Assembly: GCA_964016885.1 (NCBI GenBank)
Contig: OZ024742.1
Location: 280,984,001-281,048,000 of the forward strand
Origin: Eledone cirrhosa
Lineage: Eukaryota
DNA: 64,000 nucleotides
Direction of reading: 5' to 3'
The notes beneath the pieces are model-generated. The model did not search any database and was not told where the DNA came from. It saw only the letters and a program-made list of their open reading frames with translations. This document shows, piece after piece, positions 1-12,652 of the stretch. The stretch's first letter is position 1. Each line of letters opens with the position of its first letter. The position numbers and the translations under genes are program-made.

Positions 1-16
1 CCTGGGTTGCGTAATC

Positions 17-1089
17 GTGGAAGGAACGGATACAGTCCCGGTAGAGGCAACGAGAACTGCCAGGGACGACTGGTCCGGGGTTGATCTGGAGATACTGCTC
101 CAAATCAGACCCGAAAACGTAAAAGCCATCCCGGACCACATCCGCCTCCAAAACGGGAGGGTGTTGCATATAATGACTGAGGGCAAAAGGCCGCATTGTT
201 TATTTGTGGGGAAACGACACACTTGCGAGCCTTCTGCCCTCAACTGCCGAAAAGCGCAAGGGGTCGAAAGATTCCACTGCTGGCGACGCCGGGACAAGGA
301 CCACCAGCAACACCGTCAACAATGGAACCACCAAAATTGCACACCCAGGGGGGAAACGAGGAAAGCTCTCCCATTCCCCCTCCCCCCCAAAATACACACA
401 CGAACAAGAACATAAACACTCACTCAGACACAAACACGCTCACAGCCACAGACCCCTCATCCTCCAGCAGAGAAGATGAGGGAAAACCAAAGTCCCCCAA
501 AATACAAAAAACAAAACACAAAAAAAAAAGAAATCCACAAAGCACAAACACCCCCACAAAAAAAAATACACACACCACCCACACAAACATTTTCCCCACA
601 GCATCACCAGCACAGCCACCAAAATCCCCCAAACGCAAACAAGCTAAACAGACACAAGAACAAATAGACACACAAACATCAGAAACTACAGACACCCCAC
701 CCACAACAAACGCAGACACAATAGAAACAACACTAACAAAGCTATCACCACCACAATCACACGAACAAATAAAACCCGAGCAACAAAACATTAAAAACTT
801 CGTGCTTGCCAGAAGGGCCAACAAGGAATTGATGGGCCATGTAGCACGAAGCACAAACATCGAAAAAGACGGGGAAACATTTGAAGCGAGCACATTTCGC
901 GTACCAGATAATTTTGCTTCTGATGCGAATGTCGCTCGCTTCATACAAAGAAATTCGAAAGAGCTTTCCTCGGGATGTGGGAACCCCGAACGTAAAACCC
1001 ACTTCAAGACTATTAAAGGGGTTCCCAAAAGAAACCCCACAAACCATGGAGGTCGAACCACCCGACCTTCACAAGACCCCGGAAGGTAA
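17..1089 (+). pseudogene. Tx1 ORF1 (gag-like), one frameshift near 197
   Basis: Joining the 17..415 and 196..1089 frames restores a CX2CX4HX4C knuckle (HC-FIC-GETT-H-LRAF-C), followed by a low-complexity T/P/K-rich region. Confidence 0.8.
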
Positions 1090-1122
1090 GTAAACCTTTC
1101 CTCTCCCATTCATCCTGCCAGC

Positions 1123-4100
1123 ATGGCCATAAGAGTAGGAAGTTTAAATGTTCGTGGCCTGGGGTCGCCCTGGAAGCAAGGTCACTTGCTCAACGACCTC
1201 AGGTCACTAGGAATGGATGTAATTGCCATCAGCGAGACCAGAATTTCCGACACACGCGCACTGGCGCCGATTTTCGACGATTATCAGATCTTTGCATCTG
1301 TTAGTCGGCCGGGAATGGGAGGTGGAGTGGCTGTGCTGTTTAGGAAATGTCTGGATCTCGAGGTAAGGTCAATCTTCCGGGATCCTGACGGAAAGTTGGT
1401 GGTCCTGGACGTGAGCAATAGCGAAGGTGGTGCCTTTAGACTGGTGGCCGTCTACGCCCCTACTGGGGCCGGTCGGCCGGACTTCTGTAGGCGCCTGGAA
1501 AACTTTCTGCTTACGTCTCGCCCTTTACTGTTAATAGGGGATTGGAATGGCATCTTAGAAGCACGCTGGGATTGTGTGGGAGTATCTGATAGGAGCGGGG
1601 GTGCAAAAGCCTCAAGTACCTGATCAGCCAGTTTCAACTGTCTGACAGGTACCGACTAGATTTCCCTAATGCGCCAGTATGGACCTGGACCAATCGCATA
1701 GGGTCATCTAGATCGTACATAGATAGGATTTTCATTAGGAAAAGAGATAGAAATAGTGTAGGATGTCCACATTTTAAAACGGTTGCCTATTCAGATCACA
1801 AGCTTGTGATCTGTATGGTCGACCTAGATAAGACACGTAGGTTAGGACCTAGCTACTGGAAGCTAAACATGTCGTTTCCGGCACGTAAAGCTTACAGGGA
1901 GCGGGTCAACAACATAGTTAAGCAAAAGTTGACAGGGCGGGTTGTCAACAACAGGTGGTGGGGGGCTCTCAAAAGAGAGATTAGAGCAACCTCGATAGGA
2001 TTTAGCAAAGAAGTAGCAATAGAGAAAAATAGAAAGGAGGAGGGGCTGATAGCTAAGTTAGACGAGGATATTTGTAGTGGCATTGCAACAGACGTGCTAG
2101 CGGCGAGAATGGCACTAGACCATTTCTTCAATGCGAAACACGAAGGTTGCATTGTCAGAGCTAAGGCGCGTGCTCTGAGGAACGAGGGAACCAAAGCTGC
2201 CCGATGGGCTCGCTTTGCAGAGACGCAGCGTGGAAATAAAACCACAATTCGGTCTTTCAGGATCGAGATGGACACGAACTGAGCGATTCCAAGCAGATGT
2301 GTGAGGCCTTTCGCCAGCACTTTGCTCGATTGTTCGGGAGGATGGGTGAGTCGGAGACGGCGGCGGACTTCAGTCCCTACCTCGACGGCTTGCCACGCCT
2401 CTCGACGGCCGACGCTGAGCGCTGCGAAGAGCCGATAACATCAGTCGAAATTCAGGACGCCCTTGTCGGCTGCTCGAGTCGCAAGTCACCCGGTTTGGAT
2501 GGTCTGCCCTACGAGCTTTACGTAAATATGCCAGACTTGTTCTCCGATCTCCTCGAAGCGCTCTACTGCAACTGGCAGCAGAACGGGAGCATTCCCAGTT
2601 TTGTGAGCCGTGGCGTAGTGACGCTGATAAGGAAAGACGAGAACAAGAGGGACACACTAGATAATTTCAGGCCCATAACCCTGCTCAACACAGAGTTTAA
2701 GATTTTGGCCAAGGTGTTAGCAAAAAGGTTGGCGCTTGTCGTCAAAGATTTGGTTGGGGAGGCGCAAACTTGCGCAATCCCGACCAGGTCCATACACGAC
2801 AACCTCCACCTCATGCGATACATCATAGAGAGGGTTGGGTGCAAACCTGGCTTCGGTGGGGCTCTGATCAATTTAGATCAATCGAAAGCATTCGATAGGG
2901 TCGACCATCGGTACTTGGAGGCTGTCCTCGAGGCGGCTGGCTTCGGCCCCGTCTTCAGAAGCTGGATCGCTGCAATGTACAGCGGCATCTGCTCGGTGGT
3001 CAAAGTTAATGGCCACCTCTCGGAACCGTTTCAGATCTCTCGATCGGTCCGTCAAGGGTGCCCTCTCTCCTCACTTCTGTACGTATTGACCCTTGAGCCT
3101 CTACTGCGGAAGCTGGAGTTGTTGCAGGGCATCCCGCTCGAACCGGGACGTAGAAAGGCTGCGTCCGCTTATGCGGACGACATTACCGTGATGGTGTCGG
3201 ACACCTCGGAAATCGAGGTGATCCGCACCCATTTGGAGGAATATGAAAGGTTGACGGGAGCAAAACTTAACCCGGAAAAGTCGGTGGGCTTGCAGCTCGG
3301 CACCTGGAGAGGCAAGTCCATGCCGTCCAACAGCGTCGTTGGGCGCTGGACAGACGGACCGGTAAAGTTGCTCGGGGTTTGGTTCGGACCAGACCTCCAG
3401 GTGGATAAGAATTGGGACGAGGTGACGAACAGGATAGCCAACCTCACCCAGAAATGGGCTGAGAGAAAGCTATCACTGAAAGGGCGGGCGGAGGTGGCGA
3501 ACGCGTACATCGGGTCCGTCATCTACTACCGCCTGACCGTCGTGCCTTGCCCCCGTCCACGCCTCGCCAATTTGGAACGGCTCCTTTTCAATTTTTTGTC
3601 GAGGGGACGGGTCCCGTTGGTGAGGCGGTCCATCTGCTGCCAGCACCCTCTTCGTGGAGGGCTGGGCATGCCGTGGCTAATGATGCGCAGACATGCGCTG
3701 AGGCTGCGACATCTCCAGATATTTTGCCTAAACGGTGAACAGGTGTGGTCGCCGTTTGTTAGACGGGCCTTTCCGCAGCTCATCTCTTTGACTGAGCTGC
3801 AGTCCTGGGTCAAGAAGAGACCGAGACTGGGCGACTGGCATCTGGAATGTTGCCAGGCGCTCACTGCACTCTGCAAGGTGGGCAATGCGGTCAGTGGAAC
3901 TTCCACTCAAGATTTCTATAGAGGATTAGTGGAGGGCAAGTACGATGACGTACTAGGAGAGGTTCTAGGCGTCAACGAAGTAGAACTGACCAGTATGTTC
4001 CGGAGGACTTTCGAGCCGGGGACGATGGATAACTTCCAGAAATCCCTCGCTTGGCAGTGCTACCGGGGGGGGGGGGGGCGCTGCCGGTTCGGCATAAACT

Positions 4101-4548
4101 CTACAGGCACGGAAGTGCTGTCAGACGAACCTGCCCGAGATGCGCGCAGAGCGACGAAACCGTTCTGCACGCACTCGTCCAGTGTCCGTGCATTGCTGAC
4201 TTGTGGGGTTATGTCGAACAGCTATTGTCGCGTGTAGAACGGATCTGGCTATCGTCCGAGTCCATAGTGAAGATTGACCCGCCGCCTTCTTTTGGTCAGG
4301 AAGGGCAGGCAATTTTCCTCTGCCTGGTGGCAGTAGCGAAAGAGGTTGCATGGTGGACCAGGTTGAAAGGACTGAAGACAGACACTTTTCTCTTAGGCCA
4401 ATCCCTCATCAACTTCTTCAAGTTTCACTTGGAAAGGAAGGTGAGGGTGGAGAGAGAAGTGCTGCCCCCCAGTACATTTACTGAAAGGTGGGTGAATGTG
4501 GCGAGAATGGCCCGCGTGAGTGGGCCTACTCTGATCATGCGCCTGTAG
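1123..4548 (+). pseudogene. Tx1 ORF2: AP endonuclease + reverse transcriptase + C-terminal zinc finger; frameshifts near 1600, 2265 and 4075
   Basis: APE motifs SLNVRGL, ISETR, VYAP, GDWN, SDH. RT motifs SPGLDGLP, FRPITLLN, LDQSKAFDRVDH, VRQGCPLS, YADD. C-terminal CPRC...ETVLHALVQC. Confidence 0.93.
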
Positions 4549-6693
4549 GCTGGTGAATTCGAGAAGGAGAGGGGTGCCCTTCCCGGGTGCCCTAGGAGCG
4601 TCGGGTGGCTCAGGACTGGTGGGGTGCTTGAGTCAACCCTGGGTGGTGATCCCTCTTATTGGGGAACTTTCATTGTTGTATTTTTATTGTTATTTTGTTT
4701 TTTTGTTATTTATACTTACTCGATCTCTATGTAAACCCCCACTGTCCCTGTCTATTGTGTTGTCCCCTATATGTCGGCCCTTGTGGCCAATAAATGAAAT
4801 CATTATTATTATTATATATATAGCCAAACATGCTTTTTTTTATTAAACCTATCAAATAATAGAGGTTAAACCGCCCGGTTTGCCCTTCTCTATAATTCCA
4901 TCCTACCGTTTATATACCTCCGTGATATTTTTCGTTATCTCTACGTTAGACTGAAGTCATTCCCAGTAGCTGATTGATGAGGTGTAACTGTCCGTTATCC
5001 CGTTGTTTTGTCCTGTTTTGTATATATATACATATATATATATCAAAGGTATATGTTGAGTTAGGAACGATTTGAACACATATATGTATATGTCTGTGTT
5101 CGTTTTGCTTTTACATTATAATATATTATATATATATATACATTCGTAAAATCTCTCACTGACAAAGTTCAGTCGCACGATTTTGATACGTAAATGTATT
5201 ATTATACTATCATATTAGCTGATATATTATACAAAATATTGTTATTAAAAGAACATATGGGTTTCTCTTTGCTCATTTATATCATGAAAATTGTTTTAGT
5301 CATAGCTCGAATTACTTCCTACATCAAATAAAAAATTAATGAATATGTTTAGTGGTGTATTTCATAATATTGATTGAAATATAATTGGCTAGTACATATT
5401 AGCTAATGCTTTGTACAGATATATAAAAATAGTTAGTATTTACATATTTAATACACAGGGCATGAAGTAAGGATGTATTCTTGCTAATATATAACACAAA
5501 ACTCCTGATAGATATATAGATATATACAAACATTATTAGTGTATACACATTTACAGCGTGTAGAATGATGCTAATTACTTCTACTTACCGACACAAAGTA
5601 AATAGTATTAGACAATGGTTAATAAAGTAATTTCCTCCGCGTGTGATTATTTATAGTCATCTTTTTAAAACATCTAGTATTACATTTTTTAACAGTGACT
5701 CACCTAATTCATAACTATATCTAATCATTCTAAATTCTGGCAATATTATCAGTTTGCATAGCTCTATCATTGAACTTTACAGTATCGATGTATCTGATTG
5801 GTCTCTAACAGATAAATATTCACCGTAGCCTTTCCATGTTTTACCGCAAATCACTGCTGCCACCGATGGCATCAGTAGCATAAGTTTTTTCTGTAATGGA
5901 AAATGATTCCTAACTCCTCATTCAACCATTCTCCAGAGAAAGGCCGATGACGAGAGGGAGAAAGGGATAATTGTTTCCATTATTTTACTGATACGGTTAA
6001 ATAAGATTGGTGCAGGTTTGGAGTTTGTCGCAGCCAAAAATCAGTCTGAATCACCGTAGAAATTTACTTATGGTAAAATGTAATTACGTTAAACTCTGGA
6101 AATTTCTCTTCTGCACTTTTGACGCGAAACAATCATTATGTCTTTCATAACTTCACATCAACATGTAATAAATCTAAATAAAAGAAAATATCTTGACTCA
6201 TTAAACTATGTAGGATAGCACTCAGTATACTCTCAGCTCTTCGTGCGGCAGATGTCACGGCTGCTAACCACGTCTGTATACTAAACAACTACGTAAAACG
6301 AGACACTACGTTGGATTTTAATCACTTGATCAATCTAAACGTTAAATACTCACATATGTTTTAAATAAAGTATCACTGATATATACTGTAGCTCCTAAGT
6401 ATTGATTGTAATCCATTATTTTTGATGTGTAAGGTTAAATGTAATTGAAAAAAAATGTAATTTGAAATGTCATTTAGTGTATGAAGTTACAGTGGTCTCT
6501 TGAGGATTCTTTTTCTAAATAAGGTTGAACAGTATAAATAACGATTTAATTTTTTTTTTTCTTCAAAGGCAGTAGTATTTATTAGATGAGAATATTAAAT
6601 ATAATCGATAACAGCGACACTGGATGAATGATGTTATTTTGACATAAATATTCGTCATGTTATTTAGAGACGAATATTTGCTGCTAATCTTCA

Positions 6694-6765
6694 GCCGTGA
6701 TCGTCTAGTGGTCAGGTCAATACGTTGTGTTCGTGATAACCCACGTTTGAAAACTGCTCAGGGCA
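6694..6765 (+). pseudogene. tRNA-His pseudogene
   Basis: GCCGTGATCGTCTAGTGGTCAGG...; many substitutions in the anticodon arm, T arm and acceptor stem. Confidence 0.8.
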
Positions 6766-7411
6766 CAATGTTTTTTATGTTGATTGTTTTTCTATTATTG
6801 CCTGATTCTTTTTGTAGATATTGTCTAATGACAAATATTGCGCGTTTAAATACAAGGAAGGTACTTCTGATTTTGAAAGATTCTCTGAAATTGGCGGGTA
6901 TTTAATATTCAATGTATATCTGTTTATAGTTTTCGTTGTAGTAATGACAGGGGAACTTACATTTTATTTGAATTATAGGGTTAATGTAGTTCTATATGGC
7001 GTGATGTACGATTTGGAAAATAAAGGTTAAAGTTATTCACCTCTGAATAATCTCATTTACTCTGACCTACTAAATACCATAAAACCTGGTCATACTGTAT
7101 AGACGAAAGACATGGCAACGCTCACCGTTCAACGGGCCGATCTTCAACCCAATTCAGGATGGGTGAGATATATCTTCGTTTGTGAAACTGAGTATAGCTT
7201 TTATTATTTAAAATCTCCCCGTTTTAACTCATTTCTACCCGTTTTGTGTCACTTTTTTCCACAGTACTCCCCATTCGTGTTTTGAGACGATATAGGATGT
7301 GATGATATGGGATGTGATGTTTTGAGAAAAAGAATGTATGCATATCGATTAACATTTAAGCTATATAGATCATATTTTGAACGGCATCTGCTTTCGGTTT
7401 TCGTTATTTAT

Positions 7412-7512
7412 CTTGCCTTTCATCCTTGCGGGGTCGATAAAATAAAGTACCAGTAAATAAAGTACCAGTAGGATAATTGCTGGCCTTGTGCCAATAGTAG
7501 AAACAATTATTT
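7412..7512 (+). mobile_element. SINE family A, 3' fragment
   Basis: GCCTTTCATCCTT.CGGGGTCGATAAAATAAAGTACCAG...GTAGAAACAATTAT, with a short internal duplication. Confidence 0.8.
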
Positions 7513-8045
7513 ATTTTGATCATGAATAAATAAAATGAATAAATAAAATAAACAATAAATAAATAAATAAATAATGAATAAATGATGAATAAATAATAAA
7601 TAAATATAAAAAAAATAAATAAAGAAAGCATTATTTATTTTAATAATCCATAATAATTTTGTAACAAATTGTCTCATGCCAACGATTGTGCGTTTACATA
7701 CAGCAAAAATACATCTGAAGTTGAAAGATTCTTAGATAGGGGCTCGTATTGAATATTCAATATACATGTGTTTATATTTGTCGTTGTAGTAATTATAAGG
7801 GAAAATAAATCCTTGCTATAGGGTACAGTAGTTCCACAGTGTGCCTTCGTCATGTTCTACAAGGTGGAGCGTACATCTAGATTCAGTTCAAGGCTGGTCT
7901 CGGCCCTATTGTAAGAGAGAGAAAATAAGAAATAGACCGAGAAATGAGAGGTAAAGAGGGGCTGTTTGAGCGGATGAATAAAAGTGGGAGGAAAGATAGG
8001 CGTTAGAAAAAAGATGTAAAGAATACGTATTAATATTATTTTAAT

Positions 8046-8231
8046 GGCGGTGGATTAGCAGTATTGGTAGAGGGTCGGACGCCATGCTTTGACGTATAGA
8101 GTTACGGCCCTTGCCATTCTGAGTTCAAATCCCGCCGAGGTTAACTTTGCCTTTCATCCTTACGGGGTCGATAAAATAAAGTACCAGTAATACACTGTGA
8201 AATTGCTGGCCTTGTGCCTAACGTAGAACAT
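8046..8231 (+). mobile_element. SINE family A (tRNA-like head), full length
   Basis: A-box-like GGATTAGCAGTATTGG, B-box GAGTTCAAATCCC, conserved body; about 15 related copies in this window. Confidence 0.85.
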
Positions 8232-8873
8232 TTTTATAGAATTGACCCGACCAAACATTCAGTTAAACATAATCTATTTTATTTACCGGCCGTTCTTTGT
8301 AATAATGTCAACACGACCTTATTTACTCATTTATTCAAAGAGAGAAATATATCGAACTTAATCAGCTTCATATTTTTTTTTAATTTTACATGGCTTGGAT
8401 ATCAGCCTCCGCCAATGAGAGACAGCCATGAACAAGGACAATGGTTGTGTTCCCTATTTCTGTTAGTGTCGCATAAATATTTTACAGTTGAAATATATGA
8501 AAAAATGCACAGTGTTTTTGATTGAGGAGTACGTCGATTACATCAAACACAGTACATGATTGACATGTTTATTAACCTTGGCATGATAAAATTCAAATTT
8601 GACCGGGGCAGCATTTGAAGTGAGAAGATCCAGAGAGTTAATCAAATACCGCAGAACATAGTAATTGCACAACGTTATTACTATTACGACATACAAGTAA
8701 AATGGACTGGCATCTGATTTATCTCATTCATTCTTGATTTAGCAAATGTCAAAAGACTTAGTCATAAGGTATAAAAAAGAGGTGATATCTTGAAGAAATC
8801 AATGTATGCATATCAAATAACATTTTAGCTATATACATGATATTTTGAAGCTGTCTGACGAAGCAAAATGTTA

Positions 8874-8945
8874 GCCGTGATCGTCTAGTGGTTAGGACCC
8901 CACGTTGTGGCCGTGGTAACCCAGGTTCGAATCCTGGTCACGGCA
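8874..8945 (+). tRNA. trnH-GTG: tRNA-His(GTG), intact
   Basis: Full cloverleaf: GCCGTGA/TCACGGC acceptor stem, CCACG-TTGTGGC-CGTGG anticodon arm, GGTTCGAATCC B box. T5 terminator at 8953-8957. Confidence 0.97.
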
Positions 8946-9431
8946 TCTGCACTTTTTGCTCTGAGAAGATTTTATAATAATGAATGAAAGAGTTTGTAAA
9001 CAATTTATCATAGATTATGCTTACTGAATTGAATATGTGTTTATGGGTGTCGTTGTAGTGATAACATAGGAACTTAATTCCTTGATATAGTGTAACGTAC
9101 TTCCATATGGCGTTGTCTTGGTTATTTAAACATGCACTTCTCAGGTTCTGTTCACGGCTGGGTTATCCTGTATTTAAAAAAGCGACAGGGAGATAGAGAG
9201 AGAAATAATATGATGAAAGATAGCGATGTGCTGTGTGATGGCTGAGTAAGAGTGAGAGAAAAGAGAGACCTCAGAAAATAGATATTGATAATAAACCTTA
9301 TTAGTATTACTGTAACTTGTTATAACAACGCGAGAATTACGATAATGTTGACCTAGTGAAAATATTCAGTGAAACTGAATCAATTTAATTCATCCGCTGT
9401 ACTTTCTAGCATTTATCAGATTATTTCTAAA

Positions 9432-9597
9432 GCATCAGACACCATGCTTTTCTGCATAGAGTTATGACCATTTATGTTCTGAGTTCAAATCACGCCGAGG
9501 TTTACTTTTCCTTTCATCCTTACGGAGTTGATAAAATAAAGCACCAGTAATGCACTAGGGTAATTGTTGCACTTGTGCGAAAAGTAGAAACAATTAT
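9432..9597 (+). mobile_element. SINE family A, 5'-truncated
   Basis: Same body and GTAGAAACAATTATT tail as the 8046 copy. Confidence 0.8.
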
Positions 9598-10113
9598 TTA
9601 TTTATTTATTCAAGGAAAGAGCTATAACACCCTTAATGATATTCCTATTTGTAGCGTTGATATGCCTTATATACAAACCCTGCACCAATGTGAGAGGTTC
9701 AAGAAAAAGGACACTGATGGTGCCTTCTAATTTTGTTAGTGACATAAAAATAGTTCACAGTCGAAGTATATCAGGAGATGCACATCACTTTTAGGATGAG
9801 GGTTAATTCGGTTACATCAACCACGCTACATGATTGGTATTTTATGTATTTACCCTGGAATAGGGAAATTAAAGTTTTACCAGGACGGGATTTGAAGTGA
9901 GAACATGTCTTAACTAAATACTATAACACGAGTTGCACAACCCTCTAACGACCCGGAAAATGAAGGTTAAAGCTATTCACATCTGAATTAACTCATTTAA
10001 TCTGACCTACCAGCTACCATAAAACCTAGTCATAGCGTATAATGTATGCATATCGAGCAACCTTTTAACTATATAAATAATATTTTAATGTACTAAGTCG
10101 GAGCTAGATGTTA

Positions 10114-10185
10114 GCTGTGATCGTCTAGTGGTTAGGATCCCACATTGTGACCGTAGTAACGCATGTTGGAATCCTGATCACGGCA
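10114..10185 (+). pseudogene. tRNA-His pseudogene
   Basis: Colinear with the 8874 gene; B box mutated to GTTGGAATCC and several stem mismatches. Confidence 0.85.
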
Positions 10186-10759
10186 TCTTACTTGGTTTAC
10201 ACTGTTTCTTTTAAAAGTCCATATTAAATTTTGTAACATTTTTTCTAAAAATAGGCACAGCATATTAGCTCTGAACTTGTCTGGTATAGAATACTCAATA
10301 AATATTTAGTTAAAGTTGCTGTGGTAATAATTACACTGGAACCTAAACCCATGGTATAGGTTACCGTGGTTCCATCTGGCGTAAAAATGTTTCACGTTCG
10401 AACTATATCAAATGACACACAGCACTTTTAGAATGAGGCGTAAGTCGATTACATCAACCTCGATACATGATTGGCACTTTATCTATTAACCATGGTATGA
10501 TGAAATTCATATTTGACCAGGGTGAGATTTGAATTAAATATATTAAATAAGTTAACTAAATACGTTGCCTTTATCTCTAACGATTACAACATTCAAGTAA
10601 AATGTATTCTCATCTGAATTACCTCATAAACTCTTGACCTAGCAAATGTCAAATAATTTAGCCTTAATGTATAAAAGAACAATGGTATCTTAAAGCATAA
10701 GAAGTAACAATTTATCATATAGATGATATTTTGAAGCAGGCTGATGGAGTTAGTTGGTA

Positions 10760-10830
10760 GCCGTGATCGTCTAGCAGTTAGGATCCCCACATAGTGGACG
10801 TTATAACCCATGCCGAATCCTGGTCACGCC
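10760..10830 (+). pseudogene. tRNA-His pseudogene
   Basis: GCCGTGATCGTCTAGCAG...GAATCCTGGTCACGCC; D loop and T loop damaged. Confidence 0.85.
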
Positions 10831-11127
10831 TCTATACGTTTTGTTTTGAACAAATACTTTTAATAATGCGTGAAACATTTTGTAAACAAAGATTGTGTTT
10901 TAAATACAGGGTCAATACGTCTGAAGCTGAAAGTTGATCATTAATTTGGCTGCTATAGAATATTCAATGTAGATCTGTTCTTAGTTGCCATGGTAGTAAT
11001 TAAACGAAGGCTTAAATCCTTGTTATATTTGACTGTAGTTCGATACGGCGTGCCGTAGTCATTTTAAAACAGGTGGAGCGCTCAACTCTCACTTTCTGTA
11101 CAGGCCTGGTCTCTAACCTATTTAGAG

Positions 11128-11163
<36 letters not shown>

Positions 11164-11164
<1 letters not shown>

Positions 11165-11354
11165 ATAATTGTTTCTACTTTTGGCACAAGGCCAGCAATT
11201 ACCCAGTACATTACTGGTTCTTTATTTTATCGACCCCGTAAGGATGAAAGGCAAAGTTAATCTCGGCGGGATTTGAACTCAGACCGTAAAGGGACGTAAC
11301 TATGCTAGAAAGCATGGCGTCCAACCCTCTACCGATACTGCCAATTCACCGCCC
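11164..11354 (-). mobile_element. SINE family A, full length, inserted in the unit's (GA)n tract
   Basis: Reverse complement of the 8046 copy. GAGAATAAT preceded by (GA)n occurs on both sides, a probable TSD. Confidence 0.88.
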
Positions 11355-11804
11355 AGAGAGAGAGAGAATAATGTTCAGAGTGAGAAATGAGAGAGACAGA
11401 AGCATGTATGAGTGTGTGAGTAAGTGTGAGAGAAAAGAAAGACACCAGAATAGAGATATTGAAGAAAACCGTATTAGTATTACTGTGATGTGTTTTATCC
11501 ACACGAGAATTATAATAAAATTGATCAGGTCAAACGTTCCATTTAACCCGAATCAATTTTATCCATCCACCTTACTTTCTAACTTGTATCAGGTAATGAA
11601 AACACTATTATTTATTTATTTATTCGGAGGTGGAACTATAGCTTCCTTAATTTAATTCATATTTATTGCTTTGATATGTCTTCGATACACAGCCTACTCC
11701 AATATAGGAGACACCCCAAAGGGGACATTGTTTGTGTTCCTCTCTTCCTGGTTGATAGAGAAAAATATTTTACAGCCGAAATACATCAAATGGCACATCA
11801 ATTA

Positions 11805-11975
11805 GAATGAGGAGTAAGTCGATTACATCACCCTCGGTATATGATTGGCACTTTATTTATTAACCCTGGAATGATCAAATTAAAATTTGACCAGGTCGGT
11901 ATTTGAAGTGAGAACGTCCAGAGAGTTAACAAAATATTTAAAAATATTTTGCACAACGCAGTTGCTATTTCGACA
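11805..11975 (-). mobile_element. Old antisense SINE relic built into the tRNA unit (example copy)
   Basis: The reverse complement reads GTTCTCACTTCAAATACCGACCTGGTC...CCAGGGTTAATAAATAAAGTGCCAAT...GATGTAATCGACTTACTCCTC, colinear with the older SINE at 57205. It recurs upstream of most tRNA copies. Confidence 0.7.
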
Positions 11976-12151
11976 TACAAGTGCAATGTATTCTCATCTG
12001 ATTTACCTCATTCACTCTTCAGCTACCAAATGTCAAAAAGCTTAGTCATTTAGTAGAATGGTGATACATTGTAGAATCAATGTATGCATATCGAATAACA
12101 CTTTAGCTATATAGATGTTAATTCGAAGCTATCTAACGAAGCCTGATGTTA

Positions 12152-12223
12152 GCCGTGATCGTCTAGCGGTTAGGACCCCACGTTGTGGCCGTGGTAACCC
12201 AGGTTCGAATCCTGGTCATGGCA
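12152..12223 (+). tRNA. trnH-GTG: tRNA-His(GTG), near-intact (2 substitutions; G-U pair in acceptor stem)
   Basis: Differs from the 8874 gene only at a D-loop T>C and TCATGGC; T-run downstream. Confidence 0.88.
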
Positions 12224-12591
12224 TCTGTATTTTTTTATTTGAATATATATTTTAACAATGCATGATACATTTTGTAAAAAATTGTCGTCTTATGATAAAG
12301 ATTATGCTTTAGATATATGGCCGATACATATGCAGTTGAAAGTCTCCCTGAAATTGGCTGATATTGAAGATTCAGTATATATTTGTTTACTGTTGTCATC
12401 CTATTAATGACATTGAACTAAACTCCTCTTTGTGTTATACGCTTGCCGTAGTTTCTTATTACGTATTTGTTTATTTTAAACGGCGTGGAGCATACACCTC
12501 TACATTTCTTTACACGGCTGGTTTTTCCGTATTGTGTGTGTGTGTGAGAGAGAGAAAGAGATATATATAGAGAGAGAGTGAGAGAGAGAGT

Positions 12592-12652
<61 letters not shown>

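Larger units (their letters stand above)
1..4800 (+). mobile_element. Tx1-clade (L1 group) non-LTR retrotransposon, near full length; its 5' end lies outside the window
   Basis: GC-rich block with ORF1 (zinc knuckle) followed by APE-RT-zinc-finger ORF2. The 3' UTR ends GTGGCCAATAAATGAAAT and is followed by (ATT)n. Confidence 0.92.

Noticed and set aside
200-4351. Antisense and alternative-frame ORFs over the Tx1 (also 20427..21230 over the CRE-like element)
   Set aside because: Shadow frames of GC-rich retroelement coding sequence.
1-4860. Dewa-like targeting of tRNA spacers by Tx1
   Set aside because: None of the three Tx1 copies has a junction in recognisable tRNA-unit sequence.
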